From Kondoa subrosea (taxonomy: Eukaryota): 64,000 bases of DNA. Location of the stretch: contig BCIN01000001.1 in the NCBI GenBank assembly GCA_039545335.1, forward strand, positions 3,227,136 through 3,291,135. Direction: 5' to 3'. The position numbers were made by a program, and so were the translations under genes. The first letter of the stretch is position 1; each line of letters begins with the position of its first letter. Below are positions 12,584-26,231 of this stretch, in pieces. Under the pieces are notes generated by a model. The model ran no database searches, was not told the DNA's origin, and saw only the letters and a program-made list of their open reading frames with translations.

Positions 12584-13923
12584 TCACTTCAAGGGCGAGA
12601 AAGGCAGAGGTTTCATGATGTTAGCTTGCATATCGATAGTCATCTTGACAGTCTGTAATGGATCCCTTCGCTCTGAGCACTGAAATTGCACAATTGGCGG
12701 AAGATGCACCTTTGAAACAGTCGAAGACCATCCTTCCACACTCCAAGCAGCCGCTCTCATCTTTTGCCGATGTGCCAAATCCTTGTAGTGCCAGATATGA
12801 CTATCAGTTGGCCAATATAAAGTCAGCATCAAGAGCCGAAAGCAAAAAGGCCTAAAATCGAGGACTGACCAAACTTGGTGTAGTTTCCCTAATTGGGAGA
12901 AGAAGGCAGCAATAGGTTCATGATGTTGTCTCCGAGCTTCTAAACCTTGTCGCCATTCGGTTTCCCATTCCAAGAGTGCTCCAGGTTTCTGTGCGTCAAA
13001 GACATGGCTTTTAGTGATTATACATCACACACAGGTAAGTAACTCTGGCGCACGAGATTGTATGTTCTCATTTCGTAGAGACCGCCTAAAGTCACGGGTG
13101 GACTGTATGGCAGTGTTTCAGCACATGGAGAAAATACAGGTATGATCAAGTGCACACCTTGTTGGCCAGAAGTTGAATTCTTGTGCCAGTAGACTCTTAC
13201 GTTCGGTAACAAGAGGGAAAGTCTTCGTTTTTAGATCCTTGTATTCCTGCGCATTTTGTGTAAGCGGTAATTGGTACCTTGACCGGACAAACGCACATCA
13301 CTAGTATGCAGCTTCTCGATAGTCGCATCCCATCCTGTTGCCTTGTCAGCTTGAGGTCACTTGAAATCTGAGCCAGATCAGTACCTGCATAACCATTGTC
13401 GAACTCCAGGATATGGTCTGCTCGATCAAGAAGGCTGACGTTCAGCTACAGAACATCATAATACCTGGATCGGACGCACAGAATGTGTCCAACTCGCCGA
13501 CGATCACCTCCCACGAACCAGTAAGCTTCAGACTGAGATCAGTTGCTTTAGCGATCGCTCCGTAGTAGTTGCCGCTGTACGTGTTTAATGATGTCCTTGA
13601 GCTCAAAGAGTAGAGCATACTAGCGAAACTGGAACATACATCAACGCCTTATACTCATCAGTCTTGTGAGGCGGGACTTTGTGTTTGACAATCTGATGAA
13701 TGTATTTGCCTCTAGCGACCATATTGGAATGCGACTGCATATCAATCCGACCCTCTTCTTTAGCTTCCTCGCTTCCATGTAAGAGAGACCCAATCAAGCC
13801 TTGAGATTTAGCTGCTGGTTTGGAAGGTTGAGGGGTTTGGGCTTGGAGTAAAGGTGTTGTGGACAGTGTCCTGAGTGCAGGCGTATGCCTCAAGCGAAGA
13901 GGAAGTCTTGTAAGGGAAGCCAT
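12584..13923 (-). CDS. NIPSNAP family mitochondrial protein
   Basis: Presequence-like N-terminus, SHSNMVARGKYIHQIVKHKV, LYEMRTYNL, HIWHYKDL..R..RAAAWSVEGWS, and C-terminal PLPFSPLK. Confidence 0.92.
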
Positions 13924-14145
13924 GGTATGAGGTAAAGCGGGTCTCCAAAACGCGCGCGAGGTGGACGCCGGCGAGGGTGACGAGGAAGTCGGTGATAAGA
14001 AGGACATTGGCAGGAAAGTCATGAGTCTGGTGATAAAGTACTGACCATCGCAAGCACGGAACGAGGCGTTCATAAATTACATATTACATAGCTGGATGAA
14101 CTGAAAACATGTCAAATGTCCCTATTTCCTCAACAAATGGCTTTC

Positions 14146-16800
14146 TCAGTCCAATCTTGATACATATCGATTCGTATTGGCAGCATAAGGTATTGCTCCA
14201 GGTTGAGATTCATAGACAGGAGGAGCAGATGTACCGGTAGGTGACATGGAAGAAATTTCCTGTTCAGTCATATCTTGTCTGCACCCATACTCAGTCAGTC
14301 AGTGATCAACTCAATAAAGATTACGGAAAAACTCACGAAGCTGTTGTCGACCTACTCTTCTTCAATCGCAAAGGAGCAACCGAAACTGGTCCATCTTGTG
14401 CTTGTTCCTGTTGCTGTTGCTGCCTTTCTTTCTCTTGTCTTTCCAAAGCAGCCTGTTCAGCTCTTTGCCTCATCTTCTGTTGCTCTTCCTGTTCCCTCAT
14501 TTCTTTATCCCTAATCTCTTGATCTCTAGCACTTTGAGCTAACCAAGCTTCTCTAATTTTACTAGCTTCACTTTGTCCTCCACCTCCTGCTCCAGAAGAA
14601 GAAGAATTACCAGCTGTATTCTTTCTGAAAGCAGAAGCGGTAATTCGTCCATTATTAGGTTGAGCAGGAGGTTCTGCTCGATGATAAGAATAACCAGCAG
14701 AATTGACTGCGTTGCTTATTGCAGCTGCAGTGAAATTAGAAGTAGAAGGAGAAGAGGAAGAGTTTGCTAATTGATTACTGTTTGGTAACGGGAAACGAGA
14801 AGTTTGGGACAAGTTGTTTGTATCTTTCGAAGGTTGATAAGCGGGATCATCGAAACCATGTTTTGACCCTAGAGCTGAAGCACCCCTCAAAGGCATACCA
14901 GGTCGAGATGGACCTTGAGACAAAGAAGGTGAACGAGAAGGTGCGTCAGGTAAAGGTCGAGGTGATTTGAGTGGTTCAGCTGTTCGTTGTGAACGAGATC
15001 CATCTTGAAGTTGCAGAGAAACGGGCCTATTTGAAGTATAGCTCTGTCTTTTCGGTACAGAAGGGAAAGAAGATTGTGTAGGAGGAGCAGAGAAAGACTG
15101 TTGTTGCTGCATTGTAGGCGTCGCATCCATTCTAGGACTAGCAGCAGGTACAGAAGGTAATTCAGCCACCTCGTCCGGTTCGTCATGTATCTGTTGCTGT
15201 TCTTCTTGGGCATAAGATCTAGAAGGTTCTTGAGCGTAAGACCTTGATGGTTCAGGCGTTGGCGAATCATAGAGTTGGTATGATCTAGGTTGTGTTGCAG
15301 CGACAGGTTGATTATTTGGAGGGGAAAGAGGAGCAGGACTATCATCCGGTATAGTCGCTTCCTGAATATGAATTGGCATGATCGGTAATTGAGGCATAGC
15401 AATTGGAGTAGCTGGTCCAGCATTGTTCCTGACCCAATGCGCAGATTCGTCATATCCATATGAAGTAGATTCGTCGCCTCTAATGCCATGTCTGGGTATG
15501 CCTGCATTTCGTATCAGTTTATGCTCTGGCAATACGAAAATATGCGAACCTTCAGCCGCATTGTATGATGCAGGAGGACCACCACGAGATGGATCAGGTG
15601 TCGGGGATCCTTCTGTCGCAGATGGTCTTCTGAACTGAATAGGGACAGGTTCTTCCTGATTTGGCATTTCCATGTAAGCCAAACTACTTCTGTTTCCGTC
15701 ATCGTTGATGTTGCCGAACGAATGAGAGTCCTGCTGAACAGGAGGAAGAAGAGGTGGACCTAAAGTCGATTGATGTCGAGCTGGACTTTCTGGGAAATCT
15801 TCAGGTCGCTCGTTTCGGAAATCAGGTGTTTGAGATCGTCGGATAGGTGGAAGCTGAGGAGCGACAGTACTTGTGCTATTAGAAAGACCGTTGTTGAGAT
15901 TACTCGAAGAATTGGCCAAAGGATCGTCTACACCATATGTCGAATAAGGTGTTTCCAGAGGAGGATCAAAAGAGGTATCGCCATTTGGAGACATTGCGGA
16001 CAGATCCTTGTTTGGTACTGGATTGAACACAACCGAACTTAGGCAGTTCTGAGCTTCTTGCATCACTTCTTCAGTTGTAGTATAGCCTGGCGAGATATTA
16101 GCTTGAATGGCCTGAGCATACAGATTGACTGACTTGTATACGGCTGCCTTGATTGACCTGGTACTGTCCTCTCGTTCGGTACTTCAGCAACCAGAAGTCG
16201 GCACATTTCACCAATAATACTTGTCCGTTCCGAAAGTTCAATCAAAGCACCCAATTTCAATCCCATTGCCTCTCTTACGGTTTCTCTCTTGAAATCACTC
16301 AACCTAGCCTCCTCGTTCATGACCGCGTTTTCACTTCCAATCATTTGCTGTTTCAACTCGTACAGCTTACTTTCTCTTGCAGTACGTTCTTTATGTTCAG
16401 CTGAAGTCTTTGACAATTGTCGATCAGCGCTCTCGATAGATTTCTGCAATGAATCTTTTGACTTTCTCATACTCAACAAGTTCTCTTCTCTTGTTCGTAA
16501 AGTTTTGAAGAACAATCGATAAGTAGAAACATGTTCTGAGTATTTGGCTTCCGCTTTAGCCAATTGTTCAAACAGAAACCCAACTTTAGGTAGTATATCA
16601 GCCAAATCATCTCCTTCAGCATTTCCATAATCTCGTAAAGCTTCAGCTGCTTTCCTTGTATCGGTGGATAAACGACTGTGAGAGACGACTATAGATTTCT
16701 CGGAGTTGATGACATCGCCTAATAGTTTCAAATCTTTGTTGCCCAAGTTCAAACCAGCCAATTTGGAAGTATGAGCGAATTTAGACTTGAAGCCAGACAT
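14146..16800 (-). CDS. Eisosome Pil1/Lsp1-family BAR-domain protein with long disordered C-terminal tail
   Basis: DLKLLGDVINSEK, YGNAEGDDLADI, FKTLRTREE and FKRETVREAMGLKLGALIELSER, followed by a Pro/Ser/Gln-rich exon. Confidence 0.8.
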
Positions 16801-17754
16801 GGCTGTCTATTGTTGAGGGGAGAGGAAGGCTCAGACAGAACAGCCCTCAGTCCAGTGATGCCTGCTGCGGATATTAATGAATGGCGGTGTTATGAAGAGA
16901 AGGAAGGCGAGGTGACGATCAAGTCTGGATTTGGCGATTGGCAAGGAACGGCGAAATACAATGTCTGCGCTATCCTACAGACAGCTAACATTCATAATAC
17001 ATGATTACTGTATACTGCGTACAAGATCTTCAGGGATTCGACAATGGACAATCAATGCTTCAAGTTCGACACCAAGGCCATGATCTCATCTGACATTTGC
17101 AAAGTTTAACGAATCTTCTTCTTCCACGGTCCAATGTCCTGAGTCCGCTCTGCGGCTGGCATCAGATGACAGAATGATTATCGTCAAGAAAACTCTTACA
17201 CTGTTACGATCTTATAATCTTCGAACAATTCGAAACCCACAGATTTGCTGCTGAATGTATCCATGATCGCTGTTCAAGATCGAGCACGGTACTTTGCTCT
17301 AGCTAGCGAATAAGCTTCTCCTCCCTTGTGGCATACACTAGCAAAGCAGCTGATCTCCATTTGATATTGTAAGAGCCATCGCGCTTCATATGACCTTCAT
17401 ACTTATCCTTGAGCATATTATCGCAAGTAAGAGGGGAAAATGACGAAAAGCGATGAACATGATTTGAAATGACACTAAGGCAAGAAAGATAGTGACAAAG
17501 ACAGAAGAAGAAACATCTTGAATGACTGAATAGTGCTCTGACAAATGCAGAGCCAGACAAGCACTTTAGACGTGTGGGAAAACACAGTCAGAACCTGGAT
17601 TTGATAAGAGAGGTAATCAGGTTTTATGCTTGTGATCCTCAAACCGTCAGGCTTCACTGCGATATCCCAAGGAGTTGTTTTCCCCAAGTCAGCAAGTGTA
17701 ATTACACGACATGATTTTACCAATATGCATTTCCATGAATCCCCGCTTCTAAAT

Positions 17755-19359
17755 CTAGAAGAGCTCATCCGCGAAAGGCAGAGCATGTACATTGCCTACA
17801 ACGACCAAACTGGGTTTCGACTTGATAGCAGAAGCGGCAGCCTGCGACAGAAGAAAGGAACATGAGCTCGTCTGAAATGTGGAAGAACCACCAGCGCACT
17901 TTTGCAACACTCTCACTCGTGACCTTGTCCAAAGCAGCTAATAGGTCAGATGGAGATCCGGCCATGAGCTGTTATCAAGACGATCCTTCTGAGCTCGAAT
18001 CTAGCTAAATCAAGCAAGCAAACTGACCTGACTTCCGACCAATTCCAGCTTGCCCGTCCTGCTTTCCAATTGAGAAGCAATAGCGAACTTAGCTTTCTGA
18101 ACGGCCTTCTTTAAATCCTCATCCTTTACACCTTGACTAACGGATTTCATAGCTGCAACCGCTTTCTTTGCAATAGAACCCGCTTCATCCGTAGTTGAAT
18201 CGACGCTGAAACCAACCAAACCAGTATCCGAGTAACCCAAATTGAAAGCTTGAGCTCCTAAAGCAGAAGTAGAGAAAGCTGTTGTTCCGTTTGCCCATTT
18301 GACTGAAGTTTCACCACCAAGCAAATAACGTAAAACAGTGTACTCGACCTCTGAAGCTGGACCTCCTTTGAATCCTACGAGCATATGAGCATGTTCAGAA
18401 TGTGCTTTGCCATGTTCGCCTGTTCCGTGACTGTTTGAAGGTATTCTGATTTCACCACCGAAATAACCAGAATTGGCTGATGAAGCGGCGGAAGAAGAGT
18501 TGGAGGAAGAAGAAGGGAAGTAATCGGCTACAAGACCTTGCAGAGCGCTTGCGTCTACTCCGGAAGCGACTACTGCAATGTTTGAAGCGTCGGACAAGGC
18601 AGACTTGGCGAAAGAGGAAGCTCGGTCGTAGTCAACTTGAACATGGGGAGTAGCGAACATGGAGTTGCCTAGACCTTTTCGGAAAGCGAGCTGGTGAATA
18701 GCATCTAAAGCCAAAGTTTTGGAATCTGAGCTTGCTTGAGCATATTCTGATTGAAGTTGAGGTACGACTTCTTCGTTGTATTCTGCTGTGGTGAGCTTAG
18801 ATTCGGCCAAGACGTCGCCCAACAGTTCAACGAAGTAAGCTCTGTAAATCATGCCGCCCTTTAGCATCGAGTATCTAATGATATCCGATGGCTTCTGGAC
18901 TCACTCGTCTCCTCGTAGGAATTCTGCAGTGATAAAGAGATGTTCCCTTGAAAGCGAGCTCGACAGAACTCCTCCATAAATCTCAGTCTCCCTGATGACT
19001 CTCAATGCACTTCTTTTGTTTGTAGTCTGTGTGAATCAAAAGCAACCTTATATCTTAGCTATCTTGTTACATAGCCATAGTGACTATCATCACAAAGCCA
19101 GACTCACCCTAAAGACAAAGTTTTTCAAAGCATGAGCCAACCCAGGCGAAGGTTCGTAACGAGGACCAGCTTTGAGTACAAGCGAGATTGCGCTCGTTAC
19201 TGATTGCTTGTCATCGTGGGAAGCGACTTTGAAAGGACCAGATTGATTAACTGTAAAGTCGAAAGCTGAGCTTGAAGGTGAAGCAGCAGCGGGCGTAGCT
19301 AAACAGCGTCTGCCAGCTGTCTTGAGCCCTCGACTGGCTGTAGTTCTCAGCAAGGACAT
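17755..19359 (-). CDS. QCR2: Ubiquinol-cytochrome c reductase core protein 2 (peptidase M16-like)
   Basis: Mitochondrial presequence, LKAGPRYEPSPGLAHALKNFVF, RSALRVIRETEIYGGVLSSSLSREH, LLGGETSVKW, and C-terminal VGNVHALPFADELF*. Confidence 0.93.
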
Positions 19360-19620
19360 GGTTCGCTATCACAGGATAACCGAAATAATAAGGGTCGTTG
19401 TGCTCAAACAGTAAACTTGCCCGATTTCCCGCGAGTGTGATTATCGTGGTCAATCGAATGTTAATATTACAATGTGCAGTCCTGTATACAAGTAAAGCCA
19501 GTCTAATCTTCGTATATGGTAAAAACAGAGGGCATCAAAAGAGAAATGAAAGCCATCAAAGCAGTGTCCAGTTCAGCCAAGCAGCAGAACGTTCAGTCTG
19601 AATAGGCAGATGAGTATTAT

Positions 19621-22588
19621 TCACCGACTTGTCATAGCAGAATCACCTTTGCCATAGCCAGTCTTTGCAATTGCATCCTTGTAGTGTTCTTGCAACTTCT
19701 TGCGCTGCAGCTTCTGAGCAGGAGTGACTAGACCTGACGCAGGTGTCCACTCTTCGGCAGTGAGGATCACATCTTGTAGCAGCTGTTCGCAATAGAGTCT
19801 ATCAGTATACGATCAAACTTAAGGAGACTCGGACGAACCTCCATTTGCTTGAATCCAGCTCTCTTTCCCGCTTCGTTCAATTGTTGTAATGCAGCTTTCT
19901 TCACTGCTGAGTCTTGACAAAGCGATTCCGCATCTTGATCTTTGCCAGACAAGTGCTTGAGATTGCCTTCATGAACGGAAATGATCTGATATCGCAATCA
20001 GCCCATGATTTGGGAACAGGTACAATAACATACAGCAAGTGGTTGCTTGGCGTTTGGATCAGCATGGACCTGTCAATACGCAAGATCGGTATCAGCACAC
20101 GCTGAAGATACATCTTTGTGACTGACCAAGATGTTTGAGACAATCGGCGCGGCCTTGTACGCAGCTTCCAGTTTCTGTCAAGGGAGCTATTTCGACACCT
20201 ATCGATACAGGATTGAAAGAGTCTCTACTGACCTCCAGAGCAATATATTCACCACCAGACAATTTGACCAAGTTCTGTGCGTTTTATGAAACGGAAAAAC
20301 TAAGTCGACCAGTCGACAGCTATCCATACACAAACGCACCTTCTTACGATCAATAATACTCAGAGTACCATCTTCGTTCCATTGGCCGATATCACCAGTC
20401 ATGAACCAACCATCGGAAGTGAAAGCTTCTTTTGTCAAATCTTCTCGCTATTCGTCCATCGATAAAGAAACATCAGACTGCATACTGATGAGTTCAGAAG
20501 ACAGACGAACCTTGAAATAACCTTGAGTGACTGATCCACCGCGAATGTAAACTTCTCCCTGTTGTGGTGTATTGCTAGTGACGTAGCCTGCATCCGCGCA
20601 ATCGACAAGTTTGACTTCGATAGACGGCACTGGCACGCCGACGGAGTGATAGCGAGGATGACTGGGTGGTAGAATGGCTGTGAGTTGATGATGAGTCGAT
20701 ATTAGCTCATGCTAAAATCTTCTACTGATAGTACTCACCGCACATGCTATATTGCCACTGTTCGTCAGTACTCAAGACCGAACAGCAAAGAGAGAGCATA
20801 CCCGCAAGATTCGGTCAAACCTGTGCGAGTAACGTCGATTGCATTTAGCTGAATGCTGACAACAGATCCTGGTCACGCACCATAACCTTGAATGGTAGTA
20901 ACCAAGCAAGTCATCAAGAACTGTTGAGTACTCTGGGAAATCGGAGCTCCACCGCTCATAGCATACTTCAATCTTCCACCGGTAGCTTGTTTGACCTGTT
21001 TGAAAACGACCGCATCCGTCACACCGCCAAACAAAGTCTTGTTGAAAGTTTTAGCAGCCATGGCAGTATTGAACAAAGTTTCTTTGATCGAACCACCAGC
21101 TTTGACTTTGGTTTGAATACCTTTGCGAATCAGTTCCCAAACTGCTGGAACACCGCACATGATGGTTGGCTTGAAGGCTCGGATATCGCCAACGCAGTTC
21201 TTCATCGAATTGTCGGTGAGAGTCTTGACGTTGCCATAACCCATCGGTAAACCAACATAGAACATGCACATTTCAACAACGAATTCCAGAATGTCTGTTG
21301 AATAAGATCAGCTCGTGCCGAGTGATTACCACAGTTTACGAACGAGCAAGAGGTAGATAGGCTGTGTGGGAAACAAACTGGCTGAGCAAAATCTCTTGCA
21401 GCAGAAAGGTTCTTACTCACCGATATACGACTCTCCGGCTTTAACGAAGTCGGCAAGCAGAACAGTAACACCAGCAACTGTAAGAACCCGTATTCACCAG
21501 AGCTGATATCCAGCGAGGCGAGCGAAAACTTACTGGAAGATACGATCTGATGATGTGAAATGATAACACCTTTAGGTGTTCCGGTCGAACCAGATCTGTG
21601 ATACTCCCGCCGTTCAAGTAACTCATATAGAGTAAGACTTGAATGAAAGCTCACGTATACATGATGCAAGCAATATCTTCAGGTTTAGGTGGGCTAGGTT
21701 CAGTAGGGTTTTCCTGACCCAATTTCCTCAATTCCGCAATCGAATAAACTTTCAAATCTTCTCTAGTAAGTTCAATCTTAGATTTGATGCCTTGTTCCTT
21801 TTCTGAAAGTTCTCCGTTGTAGATAATGTATTTGACGGTTTTGCAATCAGAAATGGCTCCTGCTACGGTGGATAGAAGATCGACGTTGGTGAACATGCCT
21901 ACTACTTCTGGTTCATTGAGAGAATGTTTGAGCTGTTCAATAGAACCAAACGCTATTAGTCAATACTGATATGCCGCATCGGAATGACGAACCCCTTCAA
22001 CACCAAGTGAGTCGTAAGAAGTACAGAATGTAATTGATTGAGTAACGCAAGCGAAAGACATGCAGAACCATTGAGGTGAAGTAGAAGCAAAGATATTGAA
22101 GCGAGTCGATTTGGTCAGACCAAGATGTTTGAGACCAGCGCCTAAATCATGAGCTTCCTTTGCTACATCCGTGAAGTTCATATACTTGTAGTCCTGTTCG
22201 ATCACGAATCTATTCATCAGCCTTACGAAAAGGCAAGAGATAGAACGAGGTGAGCGAACGGTCAATTCAAAGTATTTCCAAGTCTTCTTCTCCTTGACTT
22301 CTTTGCCATCCACAGTCTTAGACACCTCCTTTTCAACATCATGGACTTGAATAGTATCACGCCAACCTAAAGCTTTATTGACAGAAAACAGTCGAGCTGA
22401 GCGTTGCAAAGAATCGTATAAAGTGTTTGTTCCAGTTTCAGGGATGGTCAACAGTTCATCAGGGGATAAAGCACATCGTCGCTGTATTCCATAGAGTGAG
22501 TAGAAATCCCGCAGAGTAGCAATGGACACACGATAGCGCCTTCACCAGGATTGGCTTGTGACACTTCGACAGAGAAAGGAGCTGGCAT
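19621..22588 (-). CDS. Long-chain fatty acyl-CoA synthetase (FAA1/FAA4-like)
   Basis: [32 protein letters not shown] and [20 protein letters not shown] motifs across many exons. Confidence 0.93.
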
Positions 22589-23211
22589 TGTCAATGTTTG
22601 CTGAGCAGTTGTAGTGAGCAGAGTGTTGTAGAGCTGAGTACAGTAATAACGATACGGCACTTGCTCGTTATAAGACAAGGGGTTTTGAGAAGCTTCGAAA
22701 TTAAGCAGCGTCACTATCTGAGATCTGTCTCTTTCAGTGTCGGGATGGCAATCCGAAGCTATGTCTATGCTATGTATATGTTTTCCACCTACTGGCCGAA
22801 TGTAGACAAGCTCAACTTCGTTCCGTTCGCTTGCGAATCGTCGACAAGGCGCCAAGAAGTCGAGCGGCAACGGGATCACTGAAGAGAAGACAGTACACAG
22901 GATCGGAGAATGATGTGCAGTGTGTGATGCCAGTCGTACTAGCAGGCTGTCACGCATTTTGACTTAAACTTCCAAAAGATCATGTAAAGACAGCACAAAA
23001 AGATGAACGCGAACAGCAACTGTGTGAATGTGTCGTGAGCGATTGCTACCGCGGGAGTGTGTGCACTACAGGACCGACAGGAAGTACCGAGAGTAGAAGA
23101 AAATGAGAAGGGAAAAAAGTGACAATCCAGTGAAAAAGTCCAAGCTGTTGGCAATAGTCTTGCATTCATCCCGATGCATTTTTACTACTATGCTCCAATA
23201 CAAGCAACTGT

Positions 23212-23960
23212 TTATCGTGATTGGCTGTAAGAATCCGACAGGCTTATCAGCTCAGGGCTGAAGCGGTACTGCCAGAAAACTCACAAGTAGTCGAGGAGGC
23301 TGAACATCAGGACAGTACTCATCAGCATACATCCAAGGGCACTCAATAAAGTACACCGACACTGAAAGAGCTTCAGACTCAACACCGAAGTCTGTCGTCC
23401 GGCACAAGGAGTCAGCATACGTCGAGCGATATCTTTAGCTGGCACTGACCCTTTACGACGACGCAAGAGCAGCCGACAACCTTCCTTGGTTTGCCTTCCC
23501 TGTCAATCTTGCAGAGACCAGCCCAAGTGCCTAGAACTTTAGGGTCGGAAACCTTGATCAGGTTGATGTTGTGCTCAGCGCTGCAAAGCCAAAAATCACG
23601 ACAATTAGTGAGAAACTAAACGATCAGGCACATTGACTTGCCAAAGAGCTTCAATGAGCTTGATGTATTCTTGCTCAGTGCAAGATTCGTTCAAGACGCA
23701 AAGATGAGCTTGACGCTTGTCCAGAGCCTTGACACATTCACGAAGACCACGAGCGAGACCATCGTGGATCTATGCAAACAAAATTTCAATTTCATGCAAA
23801 TCCTGTCTGTCACGAGGGGAGGACGAACCAGGGCCTTCTTGAGGACATCCTGGAGAGCATCTTCCACGCTCATCTTTCCTTTTGGGACCGAGGTGGCTTC
23901 AGTTTGAACTTCAGCGACTTCTCCTCCAGCGTTTGATGTGGTTTCTTCGACGTCTGACAT
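23212..23960 (-). CDS. RPS12: 40S ribosomal protein S12 (eS12)
   Basis: [69 protein letters not shown]. Confidence 0.96.
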
Positions 23961-24092
23961 TTTGGTACTGTACGGGATGATTAGAGCCAGGTGATAGGGT
24001 CAAGGTGTATCGTTGCGCACAGATTAGCTTCTCTTTTCCTAAAAGCTTCTTGAAGGGAGAGAAAGAGAAACTTGGTCGAATTTTTGGATTCC

Positions 24093-24128
24093 TCTGTGAA
24101 ATCTCTGTGAAATGTAAATCTGTGAAAT
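24093..24128. promoter_or_regulatory. Three direct copies of TCTGTGAAAT in the RPS12/GDPD divergent intergenic region
   Basis: Copies at 24093, 24104 and 24119. Regulatory role is inferred only from position. Confidence 0.35.
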
Positions 24129-24358
24129 GTCAGACACCAACTGTCGCGGCTTTCCTCCCTCTTCTCCTCTGCTTCCCTTTTCATCCAAACAACCGACTCC
24201 AGAGTCTTTGCGCTCCTCGTAAACTCCCTGCCCACCCTTAGAACATCATTTCTTCCGCGATTTGTAGCTCTAAAGCTGCTTTTCGATTAGCGGCACGTTC
24301 ACTCCTTCCACGTCTTCCAGTGCCAGCTGTTGGTATATCTTCTCGATCTCTCGCTACC

Positions 24359-25924
24359 ATGGTCTCTTCATCTGCAACAACAACTATGAGCGATTTACCT
24401 GCGTGTTGTCAGTCATTCTTCGGTTATTATGACGCCCATCTCCTGTTTTTCTTATCTCCAACTTTCACATAACAGGGGGACATAGAGGCGTAAAGGGGGA
24501 CCCATTCGACGATGTGTGATACTGAACTAAGTGAGGCAGGCTTCGGCTACCTTTCCTGAAAACACTTTGGCTAGCTTTCGTGAGTCTTAGTTCTATGTAT
24601 AGCAACTACGGAAACATGCTCATGTGTTTCTGAAGGAGGGGCGATTCTTGATGGCGCAGATGGTTTAGAGACTGATGGTACTCTTCTATCGCCAATCAAC
24701 AAGGACGAGAATTGATCAAACCTTAAAACAGTTCACGTCACTTCTGACAATGTTGTTATCTGTTTTCACGATCCTTAGTGAGTTCTTGCCCCTGTGCAGC
24801 TCGTTTAGCTTATATCTTCTTTCTTCTTCGAATAGCTTGGAAAGAGTTACTTCTGGCACTGGTTTGGTCAAGAATCAACCCTTCTACAACGGAATCGATC
24901 AAGTCCTCACTATCAAGACTCCTGTTCAACCTATAGCTACATTCGAGCAGACTGTTCGTATACCTTTTTCTCTGCCTCGGGTCTGCGTTTTGACTAGGAA
25001 CTCAGATCGCTCTTCTGATGCAACCTGAAGCCAAACACGTTTTACTCAATCTAGATATCAAGCCCGATAACAACTCGGAACTCTTGTTCTCTCTGATAGC
25101 CAAGACGATTGCTTCCTACCCGAATTGGGAAACCGAATTAGCTCCTCGAATCATTTTGGGTTTATGGTGCGTTCTAGGTCGCTTTTGTCAACTTTCGGTT
25201 GATTCATCTGATTGTGGGTTGCACAGGCACCCGAAATTCATTGAACCAGCTAAAAGACTTTTACCTGAATGCAAGAGAATCTTCATTGGTTTCTCTATCG
25301 ATTTAGCAAAGAAGTTCTTTTGGCGCGATTGTTCAGGTTGGTCCCGTTGTTTTGTGAGCTTCTGTAATAGTAATTCAAAACAACGACGGGGTCAACAGGC
25401 TTCAGTATCAATTTCGCTACCCTTGCTGCAACGGATGGGAAACAGTTCAGAGAAGATTGCAAAGCTTCTGGGAAAGATTTGTTTGTCTGGACTGTGAATG
25501 CTAGGAATGAGATGATTGAGGCTACCAAGGTATGTACTGTTTCTTCTTCTCTCCGGCAATAGAAGGAATAGTATCTGATTTTGATCATAAAGTGGGGCGT
25601 GAAAGCTATTTTGACTGATCGGACTGCGGATTACCTGGCTTTGAGAACAAGTATGAAAGGTGTGTCTAACACTCTTTGTTGCTCTGTAGAGCTGCAATGA
25701 AACTTGTGTACGCACAGATGATTGGGAAAGGATTAGTCAAGAACCTTCACCTTCTTTATTGGCTATCAATTCTATCTACTCTTGGTCTTTGGTCAACAAG
25801 GTCTGGTCGGCTTACTCTCTATTCATGTTGACTAGAAAGGTGTGTTGAGTCTGAATGATTTCACCTGTGATTTCATTTTCAGTTTTAACGCACAGGCTGG
25901 TCCTATGTACATCTCAGAAGAGTA
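24359..25924 (+). CDS. Glycerophosphodiester phosphodiesterase-family protein (PGC1-like phosphatidylglycerol phospholipase C)
   Basis: Spliced CWGHRG|ASATFPENTLASF..GADGLETD|VHVTSDNVVICFHDP..LDIKPDN..VWTVN..ILTD. Confidence 0.88.
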
Positions 25925-26231
25925 GACTTATGTCTGTCACCAATACTGGACACGAAGCAGCTGGATCCTGCAAGAACATTTATACACTTTCATTTCGATA
26001 CATCCACACAAGCCGCGGACACTCTACAATCATTTGTGTGCTTTAATTTATATATAGCAGTGCCCATAGTAGTATTAATGCAGTAGCTATCACTTCCCAA
26101 TTGCTCTGACACCTCGACGCGACTCTGATGATTTCTCGCCTCTTCTCAAGCAACGTCGAATACCTGAGCTTGGTTGTACATTTCACGACATAGATGCCCT
26201 CATAACGAATATACCCCCTTTCAGCCTTGAG

